Part shown: positions 1 to 9,813 of the stretch, piece after piece
Position numbering within the stretch: the first letter of the stretch is position 1
Layout: each line of letters begins with the position of its first letter
Assembly: GCA_944355355.1 (NCBI GenBank)
Contig: CALVQE010000002.1
Location: 704-64,703, forward strand
DNA from: an uncultured Bacilli bacterium
Lineage (GTDB): Bacteria; Bacillota_I; Bacilli_A; RF39; UBA660
Direction of reading: 5' to 3'
DNA: 64,000 nt
The notes under the pieces: generated by a model
Database searches by the model: none
What the model saw: the letters and a program-made list of their open reading frames with translations, nothing else
What the model was told of the DNA's origin: nothing
Position numbers and translations under genes: made by a program

Positions 1-197
1 TAAATCAAACGTATACTATTACTGTATATGATGATATAGGCAAATCTCATCAAATCGAAACATTGACCTATATGGAAGGTGAAGAAGTCCCAGTAGTAGA
101 AATAGAGGATTACATAGTTCAAGCAAGCACATACGAATACCATTTTGTCTTTGATGGTGAAACATTTATTTATAAAGCTATCGAAAAAGTTTCGTAG
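1..197 (+). CDS. 3' end of an unidentified gene (5' end outside window)
   Basis: Open frame from the window edge (codons from nt 3) to TAG at 195-197, followed directly by a hairpin terminator. No family recognised. Confidence 0.4.
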   Translation, partial: NQTYTITVYDDIGKSHQIETLTYMEGEEVPVVEIEDYIVQASTYEYHFVFDGETFIYKAIEKVS

Positions 198-228
198 AAA
201 GTGGGGAATAAGCTCACTTTCTTTTTTC
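196..228 (+). terminator. Rho-independent terminator
   Basis: agaaagtg (196-203) pairs with cactttct (215-222), followed by a T-run. Confidence 0.6.
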
Positions 229-267
229 GGTTTATGGTATAATGAATTAGAAAGTATTGGTGAAGTT

Positions 268-2844
268 ATGAAAAAGATTATATTAGTAGATGGAAACAAT
301 TTACTCTTTCGTAGTTATTATGCGACAGCATACCAAGGATCCTTATTAAAAAACTCTAAAGGATTTCCAACAAATGCTTTATACGGTTTTGTCGGAATGA
401 TGAATAAAATCATTCACGAAGAAAAACCAGAATATATTGCTGTTGCCTTTGATATTGGCAAAAACTTTCGCAAAGAAAAATATTCCTTTTATAAAGAAGG
501 TCGTAAAAAAACACCAGACGAACTTCATATGCAAGAACCTTATGCTAGGAAAATACTAAAAGCCATGGGAGTACCATACTTTGAACTAGCTCCTTATGAA
601 GCAGATGATATTATTGGTACATTTGCTAAGATGGTTGAAGAAGATCCAGATTTCGTTGGTACTATTATCAGTTCAGACCGTGACTTATTACAACTTGTAA
701 GTCCTCAACTTGATATGAAACTATTAAAGCAAAAAGACTACATTCGTTATGATGTTGCCTCATTTCAAAAAGACTATGGAATCGATCCCATTAAAATTAT
801 TGATTTAAAAGCATTAGCTGGAGATGCAAGTGACAATATTCCTGGCGTCAAAGGAATAGGGGAAAAAACAGCTTTGTCGTTATTACAACAATATGGTTCT
901 GTAGAAGGAATTTATGAACACATTGAAGAGATTAAAGGAAAAACGAAAGAAAAGCTTGTAAATGATAAAGAAAATGCTTTTATGAGTAAAGAAATTGCCA
1001 CAATATATAAAGAGGTTCCTTTAGAAGTGAAGGACTTAGAAGACATCAAATATGACCCAAAAGAAGATGCCGAATTATATGCTATCTATGAAGATTTAGA
1101 ATTCTATTCCTTCCTAAAAAATCTCAAAAAAGAAGAAAAAGAAGAACCGTTTACCTATAAAGAATTGGATAGTATCTCTTCATTGCCAAACGAAGAAGAA
1201 TATGCTTTTTATATTGAATTAGATGGCTCAAATTATCATCAAGCAAATATCGTTGGTATGGCACTTTCAACCAAAACAGAGAACTTCTTTGTCCCAACTG
1301 CTTTGATTCCTGAAGTCATGAACTTTTTACAAGATAAAGTAAACTATACCTATGACTATAAAAAAGCAATTGTCTCTTTACATCGTCAAGGAATTTCTAT
1401 TCCACCAGTGAATACCGACTTGATGATATGCTATGCTCTTTTACAAGATAGTAGCAAAGATGATTTAGCTTTTTATATGGTTCCAAGTAGCTATCAAGTA
1501 GAATTTTTAGAAACTCTTTGGAAAAAAGGACTTGTCTTGACTGAAGATATAAAAAAATATATTGCCATGAAAGCTCGTTTCATTTTCGATAGTCGTGATC
1601 GCGCTATTTTAGACTTAAAAAGAGATGATATGTATAACTTATTTAAAGAGATCGAAATGCCTTTATCGCCTGTTTTAGCCGACATGGAAATTACCGGTAT
1701 TATAGTAGATCGTAATGTCTTAGATAGCATGAAAGTAGAAATGAAAAAGAAAATTGATGACTTAACCAAAGAAATCTATGAATTAGCTGGGGAAGAGTTT
1801 AACATTTCTAGTCCAAAACAACTAGGAGAAATTCTCTTTATTAAACTAGGCTTACCTGGTGGAAAGAAAACCGAAAAAGGTTACAAAACCGATGTTAAAG
1901 TTTTACATAAACTCTTAGGTATGCATCCAATGATCGAGAAAATTTTGGAATACCGCAACGTAACAAAACTATATTCAACCTATTTAGAAGGAATGGAAGC
2001 TTATATATTAGATGATGGCAAAATCCATACAATTTTCAAACAAAACTTTGCCCGAACCGGACGACTTTCTTCAACCGAACCCAACTTACAAAACATCCCA
2101 GTTCGTGATGAAGAAGGAAAGAAAATCAGAAAAGCTTTCTTGCCTTGCAACGACTGTTTTCTAAGTGCTGATTACAGCCAAATCGAACTACGCATCTTAG
2201 CACATATCTCAGGCTCTAAAGAACTTCAAGAAGCCTTTATCCGAGATCAAGATATCCATACGAAAGTAGCAAGTGACATTTATAATGTCAAAGAAAGCGA
2301 AGTAACGAAGAAAATGCGCAGCACTGCTAAAGCCGTTATCTTTGGTATAGTTTATGGAATAAGTGGTTATGGCTTAGGTGAAAACTTGGAAATAAGTCAA
2401 AAAGAAGCCAAAGAATTCATTGAAAAATACTATGAACTCTATCCTGGTGTCAAAAAATACATGGATGAAATTGTTAAAGAAGCTATTCTAAATGGGGCCG
2501 TAAGAACTCTATTTAACCGTAGAAGAACCATTCCCGAATTAAATAGTCCTCAATATATGGTTAGACAAATGGGGGAGAGAATTGCCCTAAATACTCCAAT
2601 TCAAGGTACAAGCGCGGATATTATTAAGAAAGCTATGGTTGAAATCGATCAGAAATTTAAAGAAGAAAACATTAAGACAAAAGTGGTTTTACAAGTCCAT
2701 GATGAACTTATCTTTGATGTCGTAAAAGAAGAAAAAGAAAAAGTCGAAAGTATCGTAAAAGATATTATGACACATACAATAACCTTAGATGTACCTTTAA
2801 AAGTAAGTGCAGATTATGGAGAGAATTGGTATGATACGAAATAA
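268..2844 (+). CDS. polA: DNA polymerase I
   Basis: The ORF track starts at 145, but the conserved 5'-nuclease N-terminus MKKIILVDGNNLLFRSYYA starts at ATG 268. Pol A motifs present: DYSQIELRILAH, QVHDELIF. Confidence 0.95.
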   Translation: MKKIILVDGNNLLFRSYYATAYQGSLLKNSKGFPTNALYGFVGMMNKIIHEEKPEYIAVAFDIGKNFRKEKYSFYKEGRKKTPDELHMQEPYARKILKAMGVPYFELAPYEADDIIGTFAKMVEEDPDFVGTIISSDRDLLQLVSPQLDMKLLKQKDYIRYDVASFQKDYGIDPIKIIDLKALAGDASDNIPGVKGIGEKTALSLLQQYGSVEGIYEHIEEIKGKTKEKLVNDKENAFMSKEIATIYKEVPLEVKDLEDIKYDPKEDAELYAIYEDLEFYSFLKNLKKEEKEEPFTYKELDSISSLPNEEEYAFYIELDGSNYHQANIVGMALSTKTENFFVPTALIPEVMNFLQDKVNYTYDYKKAIVSLHRQGISIPPVNTDLMICYALLQDSSKDDLAFYMVPSSYQVEFLETLWKKGLVLTEDIKKYIAMKARFIFDSRDRAILDLKRDDMYNLFKEIEMPLSPVLADMEITGIIVDRNVLDSMKVEMKKKIDDLTKEIYELAGEEFNISSPKQLGEILFIKLGLPGGKKTEKGYKTDVKVLHKLLGMHPMIEKILEYRNVTKLYSTYLEGMEAYILDDGKIHTIFKQNFARTGRLSSTEPNLQNIPVRDEEGKKIRKAFLPCNDCFLSADYSQIELRILAHISGSKELQEAFIRDQDIHTKVASDIYNVKESEVTKKMRSTAKAVIFGIVYGISGYGLGENLEISQKEAKEFIEKYYELYPGVKKYMDEIVKEAILNGAVRTLFNRRRTIPELNSPQYMVRQMGERIALNTPIQGTSADIIKKAMVEIDQKFKEENIKTKVVLQVHDELIFDVVKEEKEKVESIVKDIMTHTITLDVPLKVSADYGENWYDTK

Positions 2845-3554
2845 ACCCGTTATCGGTATATTGCCTACCTATAACTTAACAAACGAAGCGAATGATCCAT
2901 ATCAAGATCGGGCAAGCTTTGTTTTGATGTACGAAGAAAAAATTGTAAAGTGTGGAGGAATTCCCATCGGCCTTCTAGATCAAAATATGGAAGATTATCT
3001 TATGCGATGGGTATCTATGGCCTGGTGGAAATAAAATATGGCCTGAATTTTATAGGGTAATCGAAGACGCAATAAATACCCATAAACCACTTCTTGGGAT
3101 TTGTCTTGGTATGCAAGCAATTACAACTTTCTTTAATGTTTTAGAAGATAAGACGGCCTCAAAATCTAAAACCTTTAGGGAAGTCTATGAAGAAGGACAA
3201 AAGAACAATCCATACTTGACTAAAGTAGAAGATATGACTTTACATAATCATTATGTAACCAAAAACGAAGAAACGATCAATGTAGCTAAACATCTTGTCA
3301 AGATAAAACCAAATACTCTTTTATCTTCATTATATAAAGAAAAAGAATTATTTGTGGTAAGCCTTCATTCCATTGGTGTAGCAAGAGTAAGTAAAACATT
3401 AACTTTAAGCGCAACAACAAAAGATCATCTTCCCGAAGCAGTGGAATATACGCAAAAGGATAATTCCATTATAGGCGTACAATGGCATCCTGAAATTACG
3501 GAAGATGACACTCTTTTTCATTGGTTAGTTGCCTCTAGTCGAAAGGAGAAATAA
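2831..3554 (+). pseudogene. Class I glutamine amidotransferase / peptidase C26-like (gamma-glutamyl-GABA hydrolase family), split by a frameshift
   Basis: Two ORFs in different frames (2807-3034 and 3111-3554). The N-terminal part is MIRNKPVIGILP...GGIPIGL. The second frame is already open from 2979 and reads LCDGYLWPGGNKIW...PLLGICLGMQ (nucleophile Cys) ...GVQWHPE. The frames join if about one nt near 2999 is skipped. Confidence 0.7.
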
Positions 3555-3556
3555 AA

Positions 3557-4378
3557 ATGCCAGAAATTGCTGAAGTAGAAACTGTCCGCAATACCCTAAA
3601 AAAACGTATTCTAAAAAAGAAAGTCAAAAACGTTCAAATCCTCTATAAACCGATCTTGTTAAACGAAGAACAAGAATTTATTCAAAATCTTATAGGAGAG
3701 TCATTTATTGATATCAAACGTATTGGAAAGTGGCTTATCTTTGAAACTGAACATTACGATTTATTAAGCCACTTGCGAATGGAAGGAAAGTTCTTTATCA
3801 AAGATGTAACAGAACCAATAGAAAAACATGAACACATTATAATTACCTTTGAAGATAACACAACTTTAAGATACCACGATACCCGTAAATTTGGCCGTAT
3901 GAAACTTATTCATAAAGAAGAACTTTATGAATTTGAAGGAATAAAAAAACAAGGTATTGAACCAATTGATAAAAAACTAACTAAAGAATATCTTTACGAA
4001 AAATTCCATCGTCATAACTTACCAATAAAAACCTTATTGTTAGATCAAACCATTATCAGTGGTCTAGGAAACATTTATGCAAACGAAGTCTTGTTTGCAG
4101 CGCGTATATATCCTTTAAAAAAAGGAAACAAGATAACCCTTGAAGAATGTGAAAAAATAAAAGAAGCTGCTTATAAAATTATTACTGAAGCAATAGAAAT
4201 GGGTGGTACAACCATCAGAAGCTATACAAGTTCTCTAGGCGTAACAGGACGTTTCCAACAACGTCTAATGGTTCATAAAAAAGAACAAGAACCCTGTTTA
4301 ATATGTAAAACACCAATATCTAAAATTTTCATAGGCGGAAGAAGTACATACTATTGTCCAAAATGTCAAAAAGAATAA
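3557..4378 (+). CDS. mutM: Formamidopyrimidine-DNA glycosylase
   Basis: N-terminal MPEIAEVE catalytic motif. C-terminal zinc finger CLICKTPI...YYCPKCQ. Sits in the common polA-mutM neighbourhood. Confidence 0.9.
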   Translation: MPEIAEVETVRNTLKKRILKKKVKNVQILYKPILLNEEQEFIQNLIGESFIDIKRIGKWLIFETEHYDLLSHLRMEGKFFIKDVTEPIEKHEHIIITFEDNTTLRYHDTRKFGRMKLIHKEELYEFEGIKKQGIEPIDKKLTKEYLYEKFHRHNLPIKTLLLDQTIISGLGNIYANEVLFAARIYPLKKGNKITLEECEKIKEAAYKIITEAIEMGGTTIRSYTSSLGVTGRFQQRLMVHKKEQEPCLICKTPISKIFIGGRSTYYCPKCQKE

Positions 4379-4393
4379 AAGGAGAGAAAAACT

Positions 4394-4930
4394 ATGCTAA
4401 TTGCTATTATTATAATATCTGTAGTCGGAACATTATTACATTTTACATATGAATTTAGTCATCACAATAAAATCATGGCCTTATTTGCTGCCGTGAATGA
4501 AAGTACCTGGGAACATATAAAAATCGCTTTAACACCAACCCTTTTATATTCCCTTTATGATGGCTTTTGCTATGGAACGAATCCAAATTACTTCTTTGCT
4601 AAAGTCCTAAGCTTACTAACCATCATTCTTGTAATTCCCCTTATTTTTTATTCCTACACAAGCCTAACCAAAAAACCAATCCTAGTTATTGATATCTTAT
4701 CTTTCTATATCACCATTGCCTTAAGCCAAATCGTTTTCTATGCTATTTTAAAAATGCCAGCCCTTCCATTTACCATAAACTACATTGGTGCTGTAGGTAC
4801 ATTTATTATTTTTGGTATTTATATGACCGCGACCTTATTCCCAGTCAAAAACTTTCTCTTTAAAGATCCTTTAACCAAAGAATATGGTCTTGAAGCCCAT
4901 GAAATATATGATAAACAAAAACATAAATAA
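4394..4930 (+). CDS. Multi-pass membrane protein (DUF6512-like)
   Basis: Four to five hydrophobic helices. The LHFTYEFS...AVNESTWEHIK motif is recalled from the DUF6512 family (from memory, unverified). Confidence 0.55.
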   Translation: MLIAIIIISVVGTLLHFTYEFSHHNKIMALFAAVNESTWEHIKIALTPTLLYSLYDGFCYGTNPNYFFAKVLSLLTIILVIPLIFYSYTSLTKKPILVIDILSFYITIALSQIVFYAILKMPALPFTINYIGAVGTFIIFGIYMTATLFPVKNFLFKDPLTKEYGLEAHEIYDKQKHK

Positions 4931-4934
4931 CGTC

Positions 4935-4970
4935 AAACAATTGTAAATTTACTTTACAGTTGTTTTTTTG
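4935..4970 (+). terminator. Rho-independent terminator
   Basis: Imperfect hairpin aaacaattgtaaa / tttacagttgttt followed by a T7 run. Confidence 0.5.
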
Positions 4971-5034
4971 ATATAATAATTATCGTAATAAATACGATAG
5001 TATGAATCATAATAGAAGTAGGAGTGTGTAGTAT

Positions 5035-6789
5035 ATGACCAAAGAGAAAAGTAAATATTTTTTAATAGGAGGATTAGTTCTTCTTATCTGTGTGTTTATA
5101 GGTATAACCTATGCTTACTGGCAATTAACTCTACAACAGACGAATACCAATGTGGTAACAACAGATTGTTTCAATATTACTTTTGTAGATAGTAATGATA
5201 TTAACTTACAAAAAGCATATCCCATTACTAATAGTGAAGGTTCCTCATTAACCCCATACACCTTCACCATTGAAAATACATGTGATGGACCAGCAAGCTA
5301 TCAAATTAACTTAGAGACAATGAGTCAAGATGAGGGTGTTAAAGTCTTACCAGATGAATACCTTAAAGCTAACTTAATTGAGAAAGATAGTAGTAATGTT
5401 AGTACGAATAACTTAACAAGTGATTATGAAGTGGGTACTACAATTGATGGGGCTATAAAAGCCTATAAATTAGATACAGGAATTATTCAAGGAAAGATGA
5501 GTAAAACTTTTGAATTAAGATTATGGTTAGATTATGATACGCCAGTTATTGATGAAGTTATGAATGCTACATATAACGGTAAGATATCTATTATAAGTAG
5601 TTATAGAGAGGCACCAAGTAATATGATCATGGCTAAAGACTTTACTATTGATCCAGAAACTGGAGAAGGAGATATAAATTGGGATACAATGCAAATAACT
5701 AGTGATTCTTTTTGGCAACATAATCTAAATATAAAAACCATTACTTTTGAGAGCACCTTAACTCCAAAAGATAATCCAGCATACACATATGATATCTCAG
5801 CAAATCAAGATGGAAGTATCATGGCTTATCTTGTGGAAAATGGAACGCTTGAAGATTTTTGGACTGGTGATACAATAGTTGCTTATGATATGTATATCCA
5901 GTCTAATAGTAAAGTGTATGCTAATTATGATAGTTCATGGTTATTTGGATTGTTTATGAACTTAACGGAAATTAATAATTTGGAAAATCTAGACACAAGC
6001 TATGTAAGCAATATGAGTGATATGTTTGATAGTGTATCATCTTTGACTACTTTAGATTTAAGCTCTTTTGATACTTCCAATGTTACAGATATGAGTCGTA
6101 TGTTTGGCGAAATGTTATCCTTAACTGCATTAGATTTAAGTTCATTTGATACCTCAAATGTTACAGATATGAGTAGTATGTTTTATAATGTGTCATCCTT
6201 AACCGAATTAGATCTAAGTTCCTTTGATACCTCGAATGTTACCAATATGAGTTATATGTTTTATACGGAATTCGTGCCCGACTTAACAAGTTTAAATTTA
6301 AGTTCCTTTGATACTTCTAATGTCACAAATATGAGTTATATGTTTAGAGGTATGGAATCTTTAATTGAATTAGATTTAAGTTCCTTTGATACTTCAAATG
6401 TCACGGATATGAGTGGTATGTTTCGGGCTACTTTCTTTACCGAATTAGATTTAAGTTCCTTTGATACCTCGAATGTTACCGATATGAGTGAAATGTTTAA
6501 TAATATGACTGCTCTAACAGAATTAGATTTAAGTCATTTTGATACTTCAAATGTCACGGATATGAGTTTTATGTTTACTGATATGTCTTCATTGACAAGG
6601 TTAAATTTAAGTCATTTTGATACTTCGAATGTTACGGATATGAGTTGGATGTTTGGAGGAGCTAGCAGTTTGACTAATATAACTTATGGCAATAATTTTA
6701 TTTATGCAAATAATGCGAATATTAGAGATATGTTTTCATATTGTCCTGCCAATAAACCAACAGATCCTTCTTGGGATGGAGTGGTATAG
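5035..6789 (+). CDS. Membrane-anchored surface protein with DUF285/BspA-type leucine-rich repeats
   Basis: N-terminal TM anchor (YFLIGGLVLLICVFIGITYAYW). Nine repeats of L(D/N)LSxFDTSNVT(D/N)MSxMF, the motif typical of the Mycoplasma DUF285 family. Confidence 0.8.
   Translation: MTKEKSKYFLIGGLVLLICVFIGITYAYWQLTLQQTNTNVVTTDCFNITFVDSNDINLQKAYPITNSEGSSLTPYTFTIENTCDGPASYQINLETMSQDEGVKVLPDEYLKANLIEKDSSNVSTNNLTSDYEVGTTIDGAIKAYKLDTGIIQGKMSKTFELRLWLDYDTPVIDEVMNATYNGKISIISSYREAPSNMIMAKDFTIDPETGEGDINWDTMQITSDSFWQHNLNIKTITFESTLTPKDNPAYTYDISANQDGSIMAYLVENGTLEDFWTGDTIVAYDMYIQSNSKVYANYDSSWLFGLFMNLTEINNLENLDTSYVSNMSDMFDSVSSLTTLDLSSFDTSNVTDMSRMFGEMLSLTALDLSSFDTSNVTDMSSMFYNVSSLTELDLSSFDTSNVTNMSYMFYTEFVPDLTSLNLSSFDTSNVTNMSYMFRGMESLIELDLSSFDTSNVTDMSGMFRATFFTELDLSSFDTSNVTDMSEMFNNMTALTELDLSHFDTSNVTDMSFMFTDMSSLTRLNLSHFDTSNVTDMSWMFGGASSLTNITYGNNFIYANNANIRDMFSYCPANKPTDPSWDGVV
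5990..6660 (+). repeat. Tandem coding repeats, 69-75 bp period (about 9 units)
   Basis: ttagatttaagttc(c/a)tttgatacttc(a/g)aatgt(t/c)ac(a/g)gatatgagt recurs along the DNA. Confidence 0.8.
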
Positions 6790-6800
6790 GCAAAAAATAC

Positions 6801-6829
6801 TTGCAATTCCTAATTAAAAGTGCTATTCT
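6801..6829 (+). promoter_or_regulatory. Sigma-A-type promoter for the thrS leader
   Basis: ttgcaa (6801-6806), 17-nt spacer, tattct (6824-6829) with an upstream TGc (extended -10). Confidence 0.45.
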
Positions 6830-6835
6830 AAGTTC

Positions 6836-7036
6836 ATAAATCGTTGATCAAAAGACACGATAAAAAGAAATTTTCTTTCAAGAGAGTTTAGAGTAGGTGG
6901 AAACTAGACAAGAAAAGCTTTTTGTTACTACTTTTGTAGAGATTTAATAAAATCCGGTTAGTTCCGTTATCAATAATAAAGTTAAAATAAGGATGGTACC
7001 GTCTTCATGACTCCTGAGGTTCCATCCTTTTTTTGA
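6836..7036 (+). promoter_or_regulatory. T-box leader, Thr specifier (ACU)
   Basis: Stem I elements agagag...agtaggtggaaac. ACU followed by A at 6927-6930. T-box sequence aaggatggtaccg (6989-7001). Terminator ggatggtacc / ggttccatcc plus a T7 run. Confidence 0.75.
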
Positions 7037-7098
7037 ATTTTAAAGACATTGTTCTCATAAAATAAGATAATGAACTCGAGGAAGAAAGGAAGAAGAAA

Positions 7099-8850
7099 AT
7101 GGAAAATATCAAAGAAAATGAAGAATTAAGCAAATTAAATCATAGCTGTGCCCATTTAATGGCTCAAGCAGTTAAGCATTTGTATCCTAATGCCAAATTT
7201 TGGGTTGGACCTGTTATAGAAGAAGGTTTTTACTATGACATGGATTTAGGAGATATAACCCTAACAGAAGAGGATTTAGAAAAAATTAGTAAAGAAATGA
7301 AAAAAATTGCCAAAGATGGCAAGAGAATCATTCGTAAAGAACTAACAAAAGAAGAAGCTTTAGAAATGTTCAAAGATGATGAATATAAAATTGATCTTAT
7401 TGAAAACATGCCTGAAGGGGAAGTGATTTCTTGTTATACGCAAGGTGACTTTACGGATCTATGTCGTGGCCCACATGTAGAAAGTGTTAAAGAATGCAAA
7501 CACTTTAAACTTTTACGTTTCAGTGGAGCATACTACAAAGGAGATTCAAACAACAAAGTTTTACAACGTGTTTATGGTGTATGTTTTAAAACTGAAGAAG
7601 AGCTAGAACAACACTTACAAGAACTTGAAGAGGCTAAAGAAAGAGATCATCGTAAATTAGGGAAAGAATTAGGAATATTTATGTTTTCTGATCTTGTTGG
7701 AAAAGGACTTCCTATGTGGCTCCCAAACGGATTTATTCTTCGCCGTACGCTTGTTGATTACATTACCGATAAAGAACTTGCTCATGGCTACAAACATGTC
7801 ATGACCCCTTCACTCGGAAGTGTTGATTTATATAAAACAAGTGGTCATTGGGATCACTATAAAGAAGATATGTTTCCAGCAATGGAACTAGATAATGAAG
7901 CATATGTCTTAAGACCAATGAATTGTCCTCATCATATGATGATGTTTAAAAACTCTCTACATTCTTATCGTGATTTACCTGTTCGTATAGCTGAGATTGC
8001 TAATGATTTTCGTTATGAATCAAGTGGCTCTTTATGTGGAATCGAAAGAACAAGAGCCTTTACTCAAAACGACTCACACATTTTCTGTACGAAAGACCAA
8101 ATCAAAGAAGAATTTAAAGCTGTTATTGATCTAATCTTAGATGTCTATAAAGATTTTGGTTTTAAAGACTTTCGTTTCCGTCTTTCTTTAAGAGATAAAA
8201 ATAATACCGAAAAATACTTTGGCAATGATGAGCTTTGGGAACAAAGTGAAAAAGAATTAAGAGAAGTATTAGAAAGCATGAATGCTGACTACTACGAAGC
8301 AGAAGGAGAAGCAGCCTTTTATGGACCTAAATTGGACGTTCAAGTCAAAAGTGCGATCGGTCATGATGTATCCTTATCTACTGTTCAATTAGATTATCAA
8401 CTTCCTGAACGCTTCGAATTAACTTATATAGATGAAGCTGGAGAAAAGCAAAGACCAGTAGTTATCCATCGCGCAATATTAGGTTCATTAGACCGTTTCG
8501 TAGCCTTCTTATTAGAAGAGACAAAAGGCGTTTTACCACTATGGCTTGCTCCTGTAGGAATAAACATCATTCCGGTTAACTTAGAACATCACCTAGCTTA
8601 TGCCAAAGAAATTCAAGCTGGGTTAGAACAAGCAGGATATCGTGTAACCCTAGATGATCGTAACGAAAAATTAAGTTATAGAATGCGTGAGTCTGTCGTC
8701 AAAAAAATTCCAATCACGGTTATTTTAGGCCAAAAAGAAGTCGACAACAAACAAATTAGCTATCGCAAGTCTGGCGGTGAAGAAACAACTACGGTCTCTA
8801 TAAATGAATTTAAAGATTATTTACAAAAACGAATTGAGGAGAAAAAATGA
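7099..8850 (+). CDS. thrS: Threonine--tRNA ligase (no N-terminal TGS domain)
   Basis: Editing-domain motif HSCAHLMAQAV. Class II core with RDHRKLGKEL, NCPHH and FRYE. At 583 aa it starts directly at the N2 domain. Confidence 0.95.
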   Translation: MENIKENEELSKLNHSCAHLMAQAVKHLYPNAKFWVGPVIEEGFYYDMDLGDITLTEEDLEKISKEMKKIAKDGKRIIRKELTKEEALEMFKDDEYKIDLIENMPEGEVISCYTQGDFTDLCRGPHVESVKECKHFKLLRFSGAYYKGDSNNKVLQRVYGVCFKTEEELEQHLQELEEAKERDHRKLGKELGIFMFSDLVGKGLPMWLPNGFILRRTLVDYITDKELAHGYKHVMTPSLGSVDLYKTSGHWDHYKEDMFPAMELDNEAYVLRPMNCPHHMMMFKNSLHSYRDLPVRIAEIANDFRYESSGSLCGIERTRAFTQNDSHIFCTKDQIKEEFKAVIDLILDVYKDFGFKDFRFRLSLRDKNNTEKYFGNDELWEQSEKELREVLESMNADYYEAEGEAAFYGPKLDVQVKSAIGHDVSLSTVQLDYQLPERFELTYIDEAGEKQRPVVIHRAILGSLDRFVAFLLEETKGVLPLWLAPVGINIIPVNLEHHLAYAKEIQAGLEQAGYRVTLDDRNEKLSYRMRESVVKKIPITVILGQKEVDNKQISYRKSGGEETTTVSINEFKDYLQKRIEEKK

Positions 8851-9476
8851 TTTATCCCTTAATAAACTATAGTACACTAGAAGAAGTGAAGAAAGAAGTA
8901 GAACGTCTTTCTTTTCTTCACTCTTATAAAACACTCGAAGAAATATTAAAGGCTATGCATGAAGAAAAGTGCATTCCAGTCCTTGCCATAAGTGATAATC
9001 AAAATAATTCTCGATTTTCATATGAATTAGATAAAGAAGTCATGAATTTAAATGTCATTTGTGACTATGATAAAGAAACTTTAAAAGAACTAACAATTCA
9101 TTTTTATGATTTGGCCCGTTCCTGTGGAACTTATCATGCCTATTTCCTTCAAAATGGTGTGACTAAAGTAACAATTGATGATGCTAAAAAACACGTTCTG
9201 ACTGAGGAATATTATATAAACGAGAAATTCATGGCATCTAAAGTATATTCTTATTCTTCTTATGATAATAAACAGCTAATTGGCAAGCAATATAGACATG
9301 GAAACGAGATTTATGAACGAAATTATTCAAAAGGAACCGATAGTTGTACTCAGCTAGTAAATGGAAAACCATACCTCATCCTTCCAACACTATACAGTAG
9401 CCATAACCAATTTGAAAAGAGACACAAAGGGATGTATAAAAGAATCCGGAAACTAGGCTATGGACATACAAAATAA
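8847..9476 (+). CDS. Hypothetical protein
   Basis: ATGA overlap with the thrS stop. No family recognised. Confidence 0.5.
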   Translation: MIYPLINYSTLEEVKKEVERLSFLHSYKTLEEILKAMHEEKCIPVLAISDNQNNSRFSYELDKEVMNLNVICDYDKETLKELTIHFYDLARSCGTYHAYFLQNGVTKVTIDDAKKHVLTEEYYINEKFMASKVYSYSSYDNKQLIGKQYRHGNEIYERNYSKGTDSCTQLVNGKPYLILPTLYSSHNQFEKRHKGMYKRIRKLGYGHTK

Positions 9477-9813
9477 GCTAGATACCTTAGCGCGTTCTAA
9501 ATTTCGTAGTCGTTTTCATTTAAAAGAAACGGATAAAGAATATATTAAAGAAAAAGGATGGACCACTATTGAAAGTCATGCCATAGATTTTATTACCAAA
9601 AGACTTGCTCCAGCTCATCCTTTAAACGATGGACATCAAACACCTTGGAAAGGACATCCAGTCTTTATTGCTCAGCATGCCACAGCCACTTGTTGTCGTG
9701 AATGTTTGTATAAATGGCATCACATAGCCAAAAACAAAGAATTAAATGGGGAAGAAATTAATTATATTGTGAACTTAATTAAAGCTTACTTAGAAAGAGA
9801 GATGAAACCATGA
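9460..9813 (+). CDS. DUF4186-like protein
   Basis: GHPVFIAQHATATCCRECLYKWH resembles the DUF4186 signature as I recall it. Overlaps the previous gene by 17 nt. Confidence 0.6.
   Translation: MDIQNKLDTLARSKFRSRFHLKETDKEYIKEKGWTTIESHAIDFITKRLAPAHPLNDGHQTPWKGHPVFIAQHATATCCRECLYKWHHIAKNKELNGEEINYIVNLIKAYLEREMKP

Noticed and set aside
1494-1769. Antisense and alternative-frame ORFs of 60-119 aa from the ORF track inside long genes. Examples: 1494-1769(-), 5527-5786(-), 12855-13037(+), 16997-17356(-), 21076-21372(-), 29182-29469(-), 40112-40411(-), 47424-47684(-), 48926-49189(-), the 52223-53251(-) set, 55979-56173(+).
   Set aside because: All lie fully within well-supported genes on the other strand or in another frame. 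They have no RBS and have low-complexity, Ile/Leu/Phe/Ser-rich translations, as expected for shadow ORFs in AT-rich DNA.
5990-6660. A CRISPR-like periodic repeat signal.
   Set aside because: The periodicity lies entirely inside one ORF and corresponds to protein repeats (LDLSSFDTSNVTDMS). There are no unique spacers and no cas genes.
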